A stretch of DNA of 64,000 nucleotides, taken from the NCBI GenBank assembly GCA_028826165.1, contig JAPDFW010000070.1:744001-808000 (forward strand), read 5' to 3'. Position numbers and translations under genes: made by a program. Below are positions 38,439-49,624 of the stretch, piece by piece (the first letter of the stretch is position 1; every line of letters starts with the position of its first letter). Under the pieces are notes generated by a model. The model did not search any database. It saw nothing but the letters and a program-made list of their open reading frames with translations, and had not been told where the DNA came from. Source of the DNA: Anaeramoeba ignava BMAN (taxonomy: Eukaryota; Protista; Anaeramoebae).

Positions 38439-39026
38439 TTAAAATATTAAACAATTTGATTTGGAATTTGAATTTGAATTTGAATTTGAATTTGATTTGG
38501 AATTTGAATCTAAATCAAAAGGATATTTTCTAATTTCTCTTAAAAGTGTAAAAAAAGTTTCATCAATATTATTTCTTGTTTTAGCAGATGTTTCAAAAAA
38601 AGGACAAAAATATTTAATTGCAAATTCTTCTCCTTCTTCTTTTGTTATTACTCTTTGGTCTTCAAGATCATTTTTATTTCCAATAATAATAATAGGAAAA
38701 TCATCAGTTTTTTTAAATTTATAAATTTCTTTCAAATAATTTTCTAATTTATTAAAAGAATATTTATCATTTATTGAATAAACAACAATAAATCCATCTG
38801 TTTTTTCATATATTCGTTGTTTTATTCTATTATTCCATTCATCATCATAATAATAATCCAAAATTTCTATAATTAAAATTTCATCATCAATTACAACTTG
38901 TTTTCTAAAAGAATCTTCCATTACTGGATCATATTCCTCAATAAAATATGAATAACAAAATTGAAAAGAAAATGCTTTTTTTCCAACTCCTCCATTTCCA
39001 ATTATTGAAATTTTTATTGGATTCAT
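38439..39026 (-). CDS. Ras-like GTPase, array copy
   Basis: GKKA, YDPVMED, G3 DYYYDDEW, CLIF. Confidence 0.92.
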   Translation of the reverse strand: MNPIKISIIGNGGVGKKAFSFQFCYSYFIEEYDPVMEDSFRKQVVIDDEILIIEILDYYYDDEWNNRIKQRIYEKTDGFIVVYSINDKYSFNKLENYLKEIYKFKKTDDFPIIIIGNKNDLEDQRVITKEEGEEFAIKYFCPFFETSAKTRNNIDETFFTLLREIRKYPFDLDSNSKSNSNSNSNSNSKSNCLIF

Positions 39027-39127
39027 TTTATTTTTAAAATTTAAAAAAATGAAAAAATGAAAAAATGAAAAAATAAAAAATAAATTTTAATTCAAATAAA
39101 TCAATTTAATATCAAAACAAAATTAAT

Positions 39128-39708
39128 TTAAAATATTAAACAATTTGATTTGGAATTTGATTTGGAATTTGAATTTAAATTTGAATTTGAATCAAAAGAA
39201 TATTTTCTAATTTCTCTTAAAAGAGTAAAAATAGTTTCTTCAACATTATATCTTGTTTTAGCAGATGTTTCATAAAAAGGACATCCATGTTTAATTGCAA
39301 ATTCTTCTCCTTCTTCTTTTTGTTATTACTCTTTGGTCTTCAAGATCATTTTTATTTCCAATAATAATAATAGGAAAATCATCAACTTTTTTAAATTCAT
39401 AAATTTCTTTCAAATAATTTTGTAATTCATTAAAAGAATTTTTATCATTTATTGAATAAACAACAATAAATCCATCTGTTTTTTCATAATTTCCTCTTTT
39501 GTAATAATCATTCCAATCTTCATAATAATAATAATCGTAAAATTTCTATAATTAAAATTTCATCATCAATTTCAATTTGTTTTCTATAAGAATCTTCTAT
39601 TGTTGGATCATAATCTTCAACGAATTGTGAATAACAAAATTGAATTGTAAATGTTGTTTTCCCAACTCCTCCATTTCCAATTATTGAAATTATTATTATT
39701 TTATCCAT
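39128..39708 (-). CDS. Ras-like GTPase, array copy (frameshifted, including a non-homopolymer insertion near 39537)
   Basis: GKTTF, corrected G3 [12 protein letters not shown]. Confidence 0.7.
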
Positions 39709-39818
39709 TTTATTTTTATTTTTAAAATTTAAAAAAATGAAAAATGAAAAAATGAAAAATAAATTTTAATTCAAATAAATCAATCTAATTTCAAAACAAA
39801 ATAATAAATAAAATCAAT

Positions 39819-40405
39819 TTAAAATATTAAACAATTTGATTTGGAATTTGAATTGAATTTGAATTTGAATTTGAATTTGATTTTGAATCAAAAGGATATT
39901 TTCTAATTTCTCTTAAAAGTGTAAAAACAGTTTCTTCAATATTATATCTTGTTTTAGCAGATGTTTCATAAAAAGGGCATCCATGTTTAATTGCAAATTC
40001 ATTTCCTTCTTCTTTTGATATTTGTCTTTCATCTTCAAGATCGTTTTTGTTTCCAATAATAATAATAATAGGAAAATCATTAACTTTTTTATATTTATAA
40101 ATTTCATTCAAATAATTTTCTAATTCATTAAAAGAATATTTATCATTTATTGAATAAACAACAATAAATCCTTGTGTTTTTTCATATATTTTTTGCTTTA
40201 TTCTATTATTCCATTCATCATAATAATGATAATCTAAAATTTCTATAATTAAAATTTCATTATCAATTTCAATTTGTTTTCTAAAAGATTCTTCTATCAT
40301 TGAATCATATTCCTCAACGAATTGTGAATAACAAAATTGAATTGTAAATGATGTTTTCCCAACTCCTCCATTTCCAATTATTGAAATTATTGGATTTTTA
40401 TCCAT
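39819..40405 (-). CDS. Ras-like GTPase, array copy (tail frameshift)
   Basis: GKTSF, YDSMIEE, G3 DYHYYDEW. Confidence 0.88.
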
Positions 40406-40496
40406 TTTATTTTTATTTTTAAAATTTAAAAAAATGAAAAAATGAAAAATAAATTTTAATTCAAATAAATCAATTTAATTTTAAAACAAAATTAAT

Positions 40497-41078
40497 TTAA
40501 AATATTAAACAATTTGATTTGGAATTTGAATTTGATTTGGAATTTAAATTTGAATTTGAATCTAAATCAAAAGGATATTTTCTAATTTCTCTTAAAAGTG
40601 TAAAAACAGTTTCTTCAATATTATATCTTGTTTTAGCAGATGTTTCATAAAAAGGGCATCCATTTTTAATTGCAAATTCATTTCCTTCTTCTTTTGATAT
40701 TTGTCTTTCATCTTCAAGATCGTTTTTATTTCCAATAATAATAATAGGAAAATCATTAACTTTTTTATATTTATAAATTTCATTCAAATAATTTTCTAAT
40801 TCATTAAAAGAATATTTATCATTTATTGAATAAACAACAATAAATCCTTGTGTTTTTTCATATATTTTTTGCTTTATTCTATTATTCCATTCATCATAAT
40901 AATGATAATCTAAAATTTCTATATTTAAAGTTTCATTATCAATTTCAATTTGTTTTCTAAAAGAATCTTCTATTGTTGGATCATAATATTCAATAAATTG
41001 TGAATAACATAATTGAATTGTAAATGTTGATTTACCAACTCCTCCATTTCCAATTATTGAAATTGTTGTTAAATTCAT
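40497..41078 (-). CDS. Ras-like GTPase, array copy
   Basis: GKSTF, G3 DYHYYDEW, CLIF. Confidence 0.92.
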   Translation of the reverse strand: MNLTTISIIGNGGVGKSTFTIQLCYSQFIEYYDPTIEDSFRKQIEIDNETLNIEILDYHYYDEWNNRIKQKIYEKTQGFIVVYSINDKYSFNELENYLNEIYKYKKVNDFPIIIIGNKNDLEDERQISKEEGNEFAIKNGCPFYETSAKTRYNIEETVFTLLREIRKYPFDLDSNSNLNSKSNSNSKSNCLIF

Positions 41079-41186
41079 TTTATTTTTATTTTTAAAATTT
41101 AAAAAAAATGAAAAAATGAAAAAATGAAAAAATGAAAAATAAATTTTAATTCAAACAAATCAATTTAATTTCAAAACAAAATTAAT

Positions 41187-41765
41187 TTAAAATATTAAAC
41201 AATTTGATTTGGAATTTGAATTTGATTTTGATTTGGAATTTGAATTGGAATCAAAAGGATATTTTCTAATTTCTCTTAAAAGAGTAAAAATAGTTTCTTC
41301 AACATTATATCTTGTTTTAGCAGATGTTTCATAAAAAGGGCATCCATGTTTAATTGCAAATTCGTTTCCTTCTTCTTTTGATATTTGTCTTTCATCTTCA
41401 AGATCGTTTTTATTTCCAATAATAATAATAGGAAAATCATTAACTTTTTTATATTTATAAATTTCATTCAAATAATTTTCTAATTCATCAAAAGAATTTT
41501 TATCAGTTATTGAATAAACAAAAATAAATCCATGTGTTTTTTCATAATTTCCTTGTTTGAAGTTATAATTCCATTCATCACCATAAAAACAATCTAAAAT
41601 TTCTATATTTAAAGTTTCTTCATCAAGTTCAATTTGTTTTCTAAAAATATCTTCTATTGCTGAATCATAATATTCAATAAATTGTGAATAACAAAATTGA
41701 GTTGTAAATGATGTTTTACCAACTCCCCCATTTCCAATTATTGAAATTATTGGATTTTTATCCAT
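41187..41765 (-). CDS. Ras-like GTPase, array copy
   Basis: YDSAIED, G3 DCFYGDEW, CLIF. Confidence 0.92.
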   Translation of the reverse strand: MDKNPIISIIGNGGVGKTSFTTQFCYSQFIEYYDSAIEDIFRKQIELDEETLNIEILDCFYGDEWNYNFKQGNYEKTHGFIFVYSITDKNSFDELENYLNEIYKYKKVNDFPIIIIGNKNDLEDERQISKEEGNEFAIKHGCPFYETSAKTRYNVEETIFTLLREIRKYPFDSNSNSKSKSNSNSKSNCLIF

Positions 41766-41878
41766 TTTATTTTTATTTTTAAAAATTTAAAAATTGGAAA
41801 AATTGAAAAAATGAAAATATAATTTTTTTAATTCAAATAAATCAATCAAATTTCAAAACAAAATAAATAAAAATCAAT

Positions 41879-42035
41879 TTAAAATATTAAACAATTTGAA
41901 TTTAAATTTTGAATCAAAAGGATATTTTCTAATTTCTCTTAAAAGTGTAAAAATAGTTTCATCAATATTATTTCTTGTTTTAGCAGATGTTTCATAAAAA
42001 GAACAAAAATATTTTATTTGTAAATTCATTTCCTT
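41879..42035 (-). pseudogene. 3' fragment of a Ras-like copy
   Basis: Only [33 protein letters not shown] is present, about 50 bp from the kelch-BTB stop. Confidence 0.8.
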
Positions 42036-42086
42036 TTCCTTCTTTATTTTAAAGTTTCTAAAAAAAATGAAATTTGGATTAAACAA

Positions 42087-45000
42087 TTATTTCTTTTTTC
42101 CCGCTTTTTTCTCTTGTTTTTTTGCTTTTTCCTTTTCTTTCTTGGAATTCTTAATTTCTTTTTCATCAAAAAATTGGAATAATAAATTTTTTTCTTTTCG
42201 GGAAAATGAACCAAAATTTTCAACAATAAAAGATTGAAAAAATTCAAAAAGATCTGGATAAGCATTAAATTGAAGAGATTGAATATATTGAAGAAATAAA
42301 TCCTTTGACAAGTTTTTGGAGATGTAAGAAATTAATTGTTTTCTAAAAGGAGATGATTGCGACAATCCATAAAACTCAATAGCATCAATTAATTGGAAAG
42401 CAATATCAATATTTGGAATGGATGATTCAATTGAGTTTGTATACAAAAATTTAACAAACAATTCCACTGCCTCAAAACTTCTCCCAGATAAATCGGGTGC
42501 CTCACAACTATCATCTTGTGTAGATATAAACATTCCTCTGTATAAATTTGATCGAGCTGCAAGAATAAATTGGTGAGTCGGTATTCTTTTTTGATCCACT
42601 TTGATATAGAAATCAAAAGGATAACTTTGATTTGTTTCTTTATCAAGAAGAAATGCGAAATTGGATTTTTCTTGGTTAGTTTTTTCTTGTGACAAAATTG
42701 AATCAAGTAATTTAACAAACTTTGACAAATCAAGAGGAATTTGAATCATTGATGTTGAACTTTGATTTTTTTGGATGCATTCTTGAATTTCTGAGACAAA
42801 TTGCTTAAGTTGAGAAAATTCCAAGTGAAATTGCTCCAAAAACATTTTATTAAGAAATCCACCACAATAAATCCAATTGAGTAAATTTAAAATGATATTT
42901 TTGGGTGTTACTCTGCATTTCTGAAGAAATATTTTTTCAAATTGGGGAGGAATTGCTAAGTTAATGAATTGTTTATGTGCTTTTATTATTGATCTATCCA
43001 AGCATTCAATTTCGAAATTGGTTAATTCTTCTCTTTTCAAAAAGTCTTCCATGTCCATCAAAAAAGAATTTGATTTTTTGAAAGTGAGCTTATTAATTTC
43101 TTTTGAAAAATTCCAACCAATCTCTTGAACTCCTCCATAAAATTGATAAAGAGTATTATCACGAAGAACAATAGATTGTCCAAATTTTGGTTTATATATT
43201 TGTTCTCCTGAAACAACAAATTCCCAAGAAACTGGGTTTAATAAATTAAGACGATTTAAATCATTAAAATAAATATCATCTGAGAGACCATTTAAGATAT
43301 AAAGGTAGTTATTATAAACAAAAGAGGAATGGCCACATCTTTTAAGCGTGATTTAAATTTAATATTATATTTAATATTTATTTTATATTTAATATTTATT
43401 TTATATTTAATATTTATTTTATATTTAATATTTATTTTATATTTAATATTTATTTTATATTTAATATTTATTTTATATTTAATATTTATTTTATATTTAA
43501 TATTTATTTTATATTTAATATTTATTTTATATTTAATATTTATTTTATATTTAATATTTATTTTATATTTAATATTTATTTTGAATTTAATATTTATTTT
43601 ATATTTAATATTTATTTTATATTTAATATTTATTTTATATTTAATATTTATTTTGTATTTAATATTTATTTTATATTTAATATTTATTTTATATTTAATA
43701 TTTATTTTATATTTAATATTTATTTTATATTTATTTTTAATTTTATTTATTTTATATTTAATATTTATTTTATATTTAATTTTATTTTATATATTTTTTA
43801 TCATTTATTTTATATTTTAATATTTTATTTTATATTTTTAATATTGTATTTAATATTTATTTTATTAATTTTGTTTTTTTATTTTATATTTAATTTTATT
43901 TTATATTTTAATATTTTATTTTTTTATTTTATTTTTAATATTTTATTTTTTTTTTAATATTTTTTTTTTTTATTTTATATTTATTTTTAATATTTTTTAT
44001 TTATTTTTTTTTTTTATTTTATATTTTATTTATTTTTATTTAATATTTATTTTATATTTAATATTTATTTTATATTTATTTTATTTAATATTTATTTTAT
44101 ATTTAATATTTATTTTAATTTTTTTATTTTGAATTTAATATTTATTTTGAATTTAATATTTATTTTGAATTTGACATTTATTTTATATTTAATATTTTAT
44201 TTTTTTTTGTTAATATTTATTTTAATATTTTATTTATTTTTTTTTTTTATATTTAATATTTTATTTTTAATTTTATTTATTTTTGTATTTTTATTTTATA
44301 TTTAATATTTATTTTTTATTTTATTTTAATTTAATATTTATTTTGATTTAATATTTATTTTATATTTAATATTTATTTTTATATTTAATTTAATATTTAT
44401 TTTGTATTTAATATTTATTTTATATTTTATTTATTTTATATTTCAATATTTTTTTATTTTAATTTTATATATTTATATATTTTATTTTTAATATTTAATT
44501 TATTTTACATTTAATATTTAATTTTATATTTAATATTTTATATTTAATATTTATTTTTATATTTTATTTTAATATTTTATTTTAATTTAATATTTATTTT
44601 ATATTTAATATTTATTTTATATTTAATATTTATTTTATATTTAATATTTATTTTATATTTAATATTTATTTTATATTTAATATTTATTTTATATTTAATA
44701 TTTATTTTATATTTAATATTTATTTTTATATTTAATATTTATTTTGAATTTAATATTTATTTTATATTTAATATTTTAAATATTTATTTTTTTTAGTTTA
44801 TTTTTATATTTAATATTTATTTTATATTTAATATTTATTTTATATTTAATATTTATTTTATATTTTAATATTTTATTTTATATTTATGTTTAATATTTAT
44901 TTTATATTTAATATTTATTTTATATTTAATATTTATTTTATATTTAATATTTATTTTATATTTAATATTTATTTTGAATTTAATATTTATTTTATATTTA

Positions 45001-45851
45001 ATATTTATTTTATATTTAATATTTATTTTATATTTAATATTTATTTTATATTTAATATTTATTTTATATTTAATATTTATTTTAGATTTAATATTTATTT
45101 TGGATTTAATATTTATTTTGAATTTCTTTACCTTTCTTGTGGAGCATTTTCTGTATTTATAAGTGAACATTCAAAATTATCTAAATTAACCTTATATAAT
45201 GATTTTACTGTTTTATAAGATGAATTTGAACCACCATAAATATATAAATTATTATTAAAAATTTCAGAAGTATGACGAAACAAAGGGGTTAATTTAGTAT
45301 TTTTAATAGGAAGTTGAGTAAAAGTAAAAGTATTTAAATCAAGACAAAGAAATTTATCAAGAACAACATCAGACTTAGAAATTCCTCCGAAAATATAAAC
45401 TTTATCATTGTAAAGAGAACCTGAATGATAACACATTGGAGGAACTATTTCTTGATTTGAATAATTGATTTGGCTCCATTTTCTAGTAGCTAAATTGAGT
45501 TTCCATAAATCATTTAAATCATTACCATCAGATCCTCCAAAAATATATAATATGTCTTTAAAAAAAAAGGCAAGTTGACCACAACGTGGACTTGGTTTAA
45601 CTGAGTTTGTTTGAACTAAATCCCAAGTTTTTTTTTCTTTTAAAATTTTGAATTAAAATTAAAATTCGTTTTAAAATTAAAATTATAATTGATTTACTGA
45701 TATCAAAAACGTGAAGATCATTATATCTAATTTGAGTATCATATCCTCCAAAAAAATATATTTTATCTTCATGTAATAATGTTGCTTGTCCATATCTTTC
45801 TCTTGGTTTATTTTTTTCTGAGTCTTTAATTGCTTTCCAAGATAATTGCAT
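42087..45851 (-). CDS. LZTR1-like kelch-repeat plus BTB-BTB protein; exons 45698-45851, 45132-45636, 42087-43338
   Basis: Kelch repeats RYGQ..IYFFGG, RCGQ..LYIFGG, CYHS..VYIFGG, FRHT..LYIYGG and RCGHS; BTB motifs IKAHKQF and THQFILAARSNLYRGMF. GT-AG junctions are in frame. Confidence 0.85.
43350..45120. repeat. Intronic 18-bp tandem repeat (TATATTTAATATTTATTT)n
   Basis: Fills the 1.8-kb intron 43339-45131; degenerate in the middle. Confidence 0.9.
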
Positions 45852-45914
45852 TTTTTTTTAATGAAAAATGAAAAAATGAAAAAATGAAAAAATGAAAAAA
45901 TGAAAAAATGAAAA

Positions 45915-46945
45915 TTTAAATAAAAAAGTGGAATAAAATATATTTTGAAAGAATAATATTTAAATAATAAAAATATTAATAATATTTAATTAATTATAAT
46001 TAAAAATTTTAATATAAATTAAATAAAAAATTTTAAATAAAAAAAAATTTAATAAAAATTAAATAAATATATTAATTTTTTAAATATAAAAAATATATAA
46101 AGAATAATATATTTTGAAAGAATAATATTTAAATAATAAAAATATTAATAATATTTAATTAATTATAATTAAAAATTTTAATATAAATTAAATAAAAAAT
46201 TTTAAATAAAAAAAAATTTAATAAAAATTAAATAAATATATTAATTTTTAAAAATAAAAATATAAAAATAATAATATATTTTGAAAGAATGATATTTGAA
46301 TAATAAAAATATTGATAATATTTAATTAATTATAATTAAAAATTTTGATATAAATTAAATAAAATTTTAAATAAAAATAAAAATTTAATAAAATTTAAAT
46401 AAATATATTAATTTTTTAAAAATAAAAAATATAGAAATAATAATATATTTTGGAAAGAATAATATTTAAATAATAAAAATATTAATAATATCTAATTAAT
46501 TATAATTAAAAATTTTTAATATAAATTAAATTAATCAAAATTTGGAATAAAATAAAATAAGTAAAAATAAAATTAAATAAATATAAAAATATATAAAGAA
46601 TAATATATTTTGAAAGAATGATATTTAAATAATAAAAATATTGATAATATCTAATTAATTATAATTAAAAAATTTAATATAAATTAAATAAAATATTTTA
46701 AATAAAAATAAAATTTAATAAAATTTAAATAAATATATTAATTTTTTAAAAATAAAAAATAAGTAAATAATAATATATTTTGAAAGAATGATATTTAAAT
46801 AATAAAAATATTGATAATATTTAATTAATTATAATTAAAAATTTTGATATAAATTAAATAAAATATTTTAAATAAAAAAATAAATTTAATAAAATTTAAA
46901 TAAATATATTAATTTTTTAAAAATAAAAAATAAGAAAAAAAAAAT
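45915..46945. repeat. AT-rich complex satellite, copy C
   Basis: Same blocks as copies A and B. Confidence 0.9.
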
Positions 46946-46960
46946 AATTTAAATTAAAAA

Positions 46961-47031
46961 GCATAGATAGTACAGTGGTAGTATACAAGCTTTCCATGTT
47001 TGTGGTCGGGGTTCGATTCCCCGTCTATGCA
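46961..47031 (+). tRNA. tRNA-Gly (TCC)
   Basis: Acceptor GCATAGA/TCTATGC, D-arm GTAC-AGTGGTA-GTAT, anticodon stem CAAGC/GTTTG with loop TTTCCAT, T-arm CGGGG-TTCGATT-CCCCG, followed by a poly-T terminator. Confidence 0.95.
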
Positions 47032-47306
47032 TAATTTTTTTTTTAAATTAATTTTTATTTTTTTTTATTTAATTATTTAAATTAATTTGATTCTTTATCT
47101 ATTTATTTATATTTTTATTATTATTTATTATATTCCACTTTTTTATTTAATTATTAAATTAATTTAATTCTTTATCTATTTATTTTATTATTTTTATTAT
47201 TTATTTTTTATATTCCACTTTTTTATTTAATTATTAAATTAATTTAATTCTTTATTTATTTATTCATTGCTCCATTTTATTTATTCTTTTTGATTTTGAA
47301 TTTCAT

Positions 47307-47904
47307 TTAAAAAATAAAACAATTTTCATTTGAATTTGAATTTGATTTGAAATTTGATTTTGATTTTGATTTTGAATTTGATTTTGAGTCAAAAGGATAT
47401 TTTCTAATTTCTCTTAAAAGAGTAAAAAAAATTTTATCAGCATCATCTTTTGTTTTACCAGTTATTTCATAAAAAGAACACCCATTTTTAATTGCAAATT
47501 CATTTCCTTCTTCTTTTGATATTTACTCTTTGATCTTCAAGATCATTTTTATTTCCAATAATAATAATAGGAAAATCATTAACTTTTTTATATTTATAAA
47601 TTTCATTCAAATAATTTTCTAAATCATTAAACGAATCTCTATCAGTTATTGAATAAATTAAAATAAATCCTTGAGTTTTTTCATATTCCACTTTTTGGGC
47701 TTCACGGTTCCATTTATGATAACAACAAGAATCAAAAATTTCCAGATATAAAATTTCGTCATCAATTTTACAAGACATTTTATAAGAAGCTTCTGTTTGT
47801 GGTGGATCATAAATTGGATCATAACTTGGACAACAAAATCTAGTTGTAAAAGTTGTTTTTCCAACTTCTTTATTTCCAATAACTGAAATTGTTATTTTAT
47901 CCAT
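47307..47904 (-). CDS. Ras-like GTPase, second sub-array (frameshift near 47522)
   Basis: GNKEVGKT, YDPPQTE, G3 DSCCYHKW, G5 EITGK, CFIF. Confidence 0.8.
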
Positions 47905-48009
47905 TTTTTTAAAATTGAGAAAATGAAAAATGAAAAAATGAAAAATAAATTTTTATTCAAATAAATCAATCAATTTAATTTCAAAATAAAATAATAAATA
48001 AAAACCAAT

Positions 48010-48748
48010 TTAAAATATTAAACAATTTGAATTTGAATTTGAATTAGAATTTGATTTTGATTTTGATTTTGATTTTGATTTTGATTTTGATTTTGAATTT
48101 GATTTTGAATTTGATTTTGAATTTGAATTTGAATTTGAATTTGAATTTGAATTTGATTTAGAATTTGAATTTGATTTTGAATTTGATTTTGAATTTGAAT
48201 TTGAATTTGATTTTTGAATTTGAATTTGATTTTGAATCAAAAGGATATTTTCGAATTTCTCTTAAAAGAGTTATAATTGTCTCATCAATATTATATCTTG
48301 CTTTAGTAGATATTTCAAAAAAAGGACAACCATTTTTAAATGCAAATTCTTCTCCTTCTTCTTTTTTTACTTGTCTTAGATTTTCAACATCATTTTTATT
48401 TCCAACAATAATAATAGGAAAATCATCAGAATTTTTAATAAGATAAATTTCTTTCAAATAATCTTGCAATCTATTAAAAGAATTTCTATCAATAATTGAA
48501 TAAATTAATACAAAACCATGTGATTGTTTATAAACTTCTTTTGTGAAACCATAAATGAGATAATCATTTTGATAAAAATCATAAAGTTCAACAATTAAAA
48601 TTTCATTATCAATTTCAATTTGTTTTCTATAACTTTCTATTGTTGGATCATATTCTTCAATAAATTGTGAAAAGATAAATTGAGTTGTAAATGTTGATTT
48701 TCCAACTTCTTTTGGACCAATAATTGGAATTAATAAAGGATTATTCAT
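48010..48748 (-). CDS. Ras-like GTPase, second sub-array (tail frameshift)
   Basis: GPKEVGKS, G3 DFYQNDY, long NS/KS tail, CLIF. Confidence 0.85.
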
Positions 48749-48865
48749 TATTTATTTTTTTTTTCAATTTTTTAAATGAAAGAAAAAAAATGAAAATTGG
48801 GAAAGGAAGAATAAAATCTCTAAAAAAAGTTTTTTTATTCCACTTTTTTATTAATCCAAAATAAG

Positions 48866-49486
48866 TTAAAATATTAAACAATTTGGATTTGAATTTGATT
48901 TTGAATTTAATTTTGAATTTGAATTTGAATTTGATTTTGAATTTGATTTTGAATTTGATTTTGAATCAAAAGGATATTTTCGAATTTCTCTTAAAAGAGT
49001 TAAAAAAGATTCATCAACATTATTTCTTCTACCAGAGGAAGCTTCATAAAAAGAACATCCATTTTTAAATGCAAATTCTTCTCCTTCTTCTTTTTTTACT
49101 TGTCTTAGATTTTCAACATCATTTTTATTTCCAATAATAACAATAGGAAAATCATCACAATTTTTGATAAGATAAATTTCATTCAAATAATTTTGCAATT
49201 CATCAAAAGAATTTCTATCAATAATTGAATAAACAACAATAAAACCTTGTGATTTTCGATAATTTTCTTTTTTTAAATTTTGGATCTCATCTGAATCAGT
49301 AAAAAAATAATCATAATCCAAAATTTCAACAATTAAAATTTCATTATCAATTTCAATTTGTTTTCTATAACTTTCTATTGTTGGATCATATTCTTCAATA
49401 ATGCGTGAATAACAAAATTGAGTTGACAAGGCTGATTTTCCAACTTCTTTTGCACCAATAATTGAAATTGTTATCATTTCTTGCAT
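48866..49486 (-). CDS. Ras-like GTPase, second sub-array
   Basis: GAKEVGKS, G3 DYDYFFTD, G5 EASSG, CLIF. Confidence 0.92.
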   Translation of the reverse strand: MQEMITISIIGAKEVGKSALSTQFCYSRIIEEYDPTIESYRKQIEIDNEILIVEILDYDYFFTDSDEIQNLKKENYRKSQGFIVVYSIIDRNSFDELQNYLNEIYLIKNCDDFPIVIIGNKNDVENLRQVKKEEGEEFAFKNGCSFYEASSGRRNNVDESFLTLLREIRKYPFDSKSNSKSNSKSNSNSNSKLNSKSNSNPNCLIF

Positions 49487-49624
49487 TTGTTAAAAAAAAT
49501 GAAAGAAAAAAATGAAAGTATCATTTCGAAAATAATATTTTTTTAATAATATTACTAAACAATAAAGTATTTGGGAATTAAATGGAAAAAACAAAACACG
49601 AATAAAACTGAAATTTTTAATCAA

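Noticed and set aside
2730-48220. Numerous frameshifts as programmed frameshifting or mass pseudogenisation
   Set aside because: Most fall in A/T homopolymers or microsatellites and also hit conserved genes, which is typical of long-read error.
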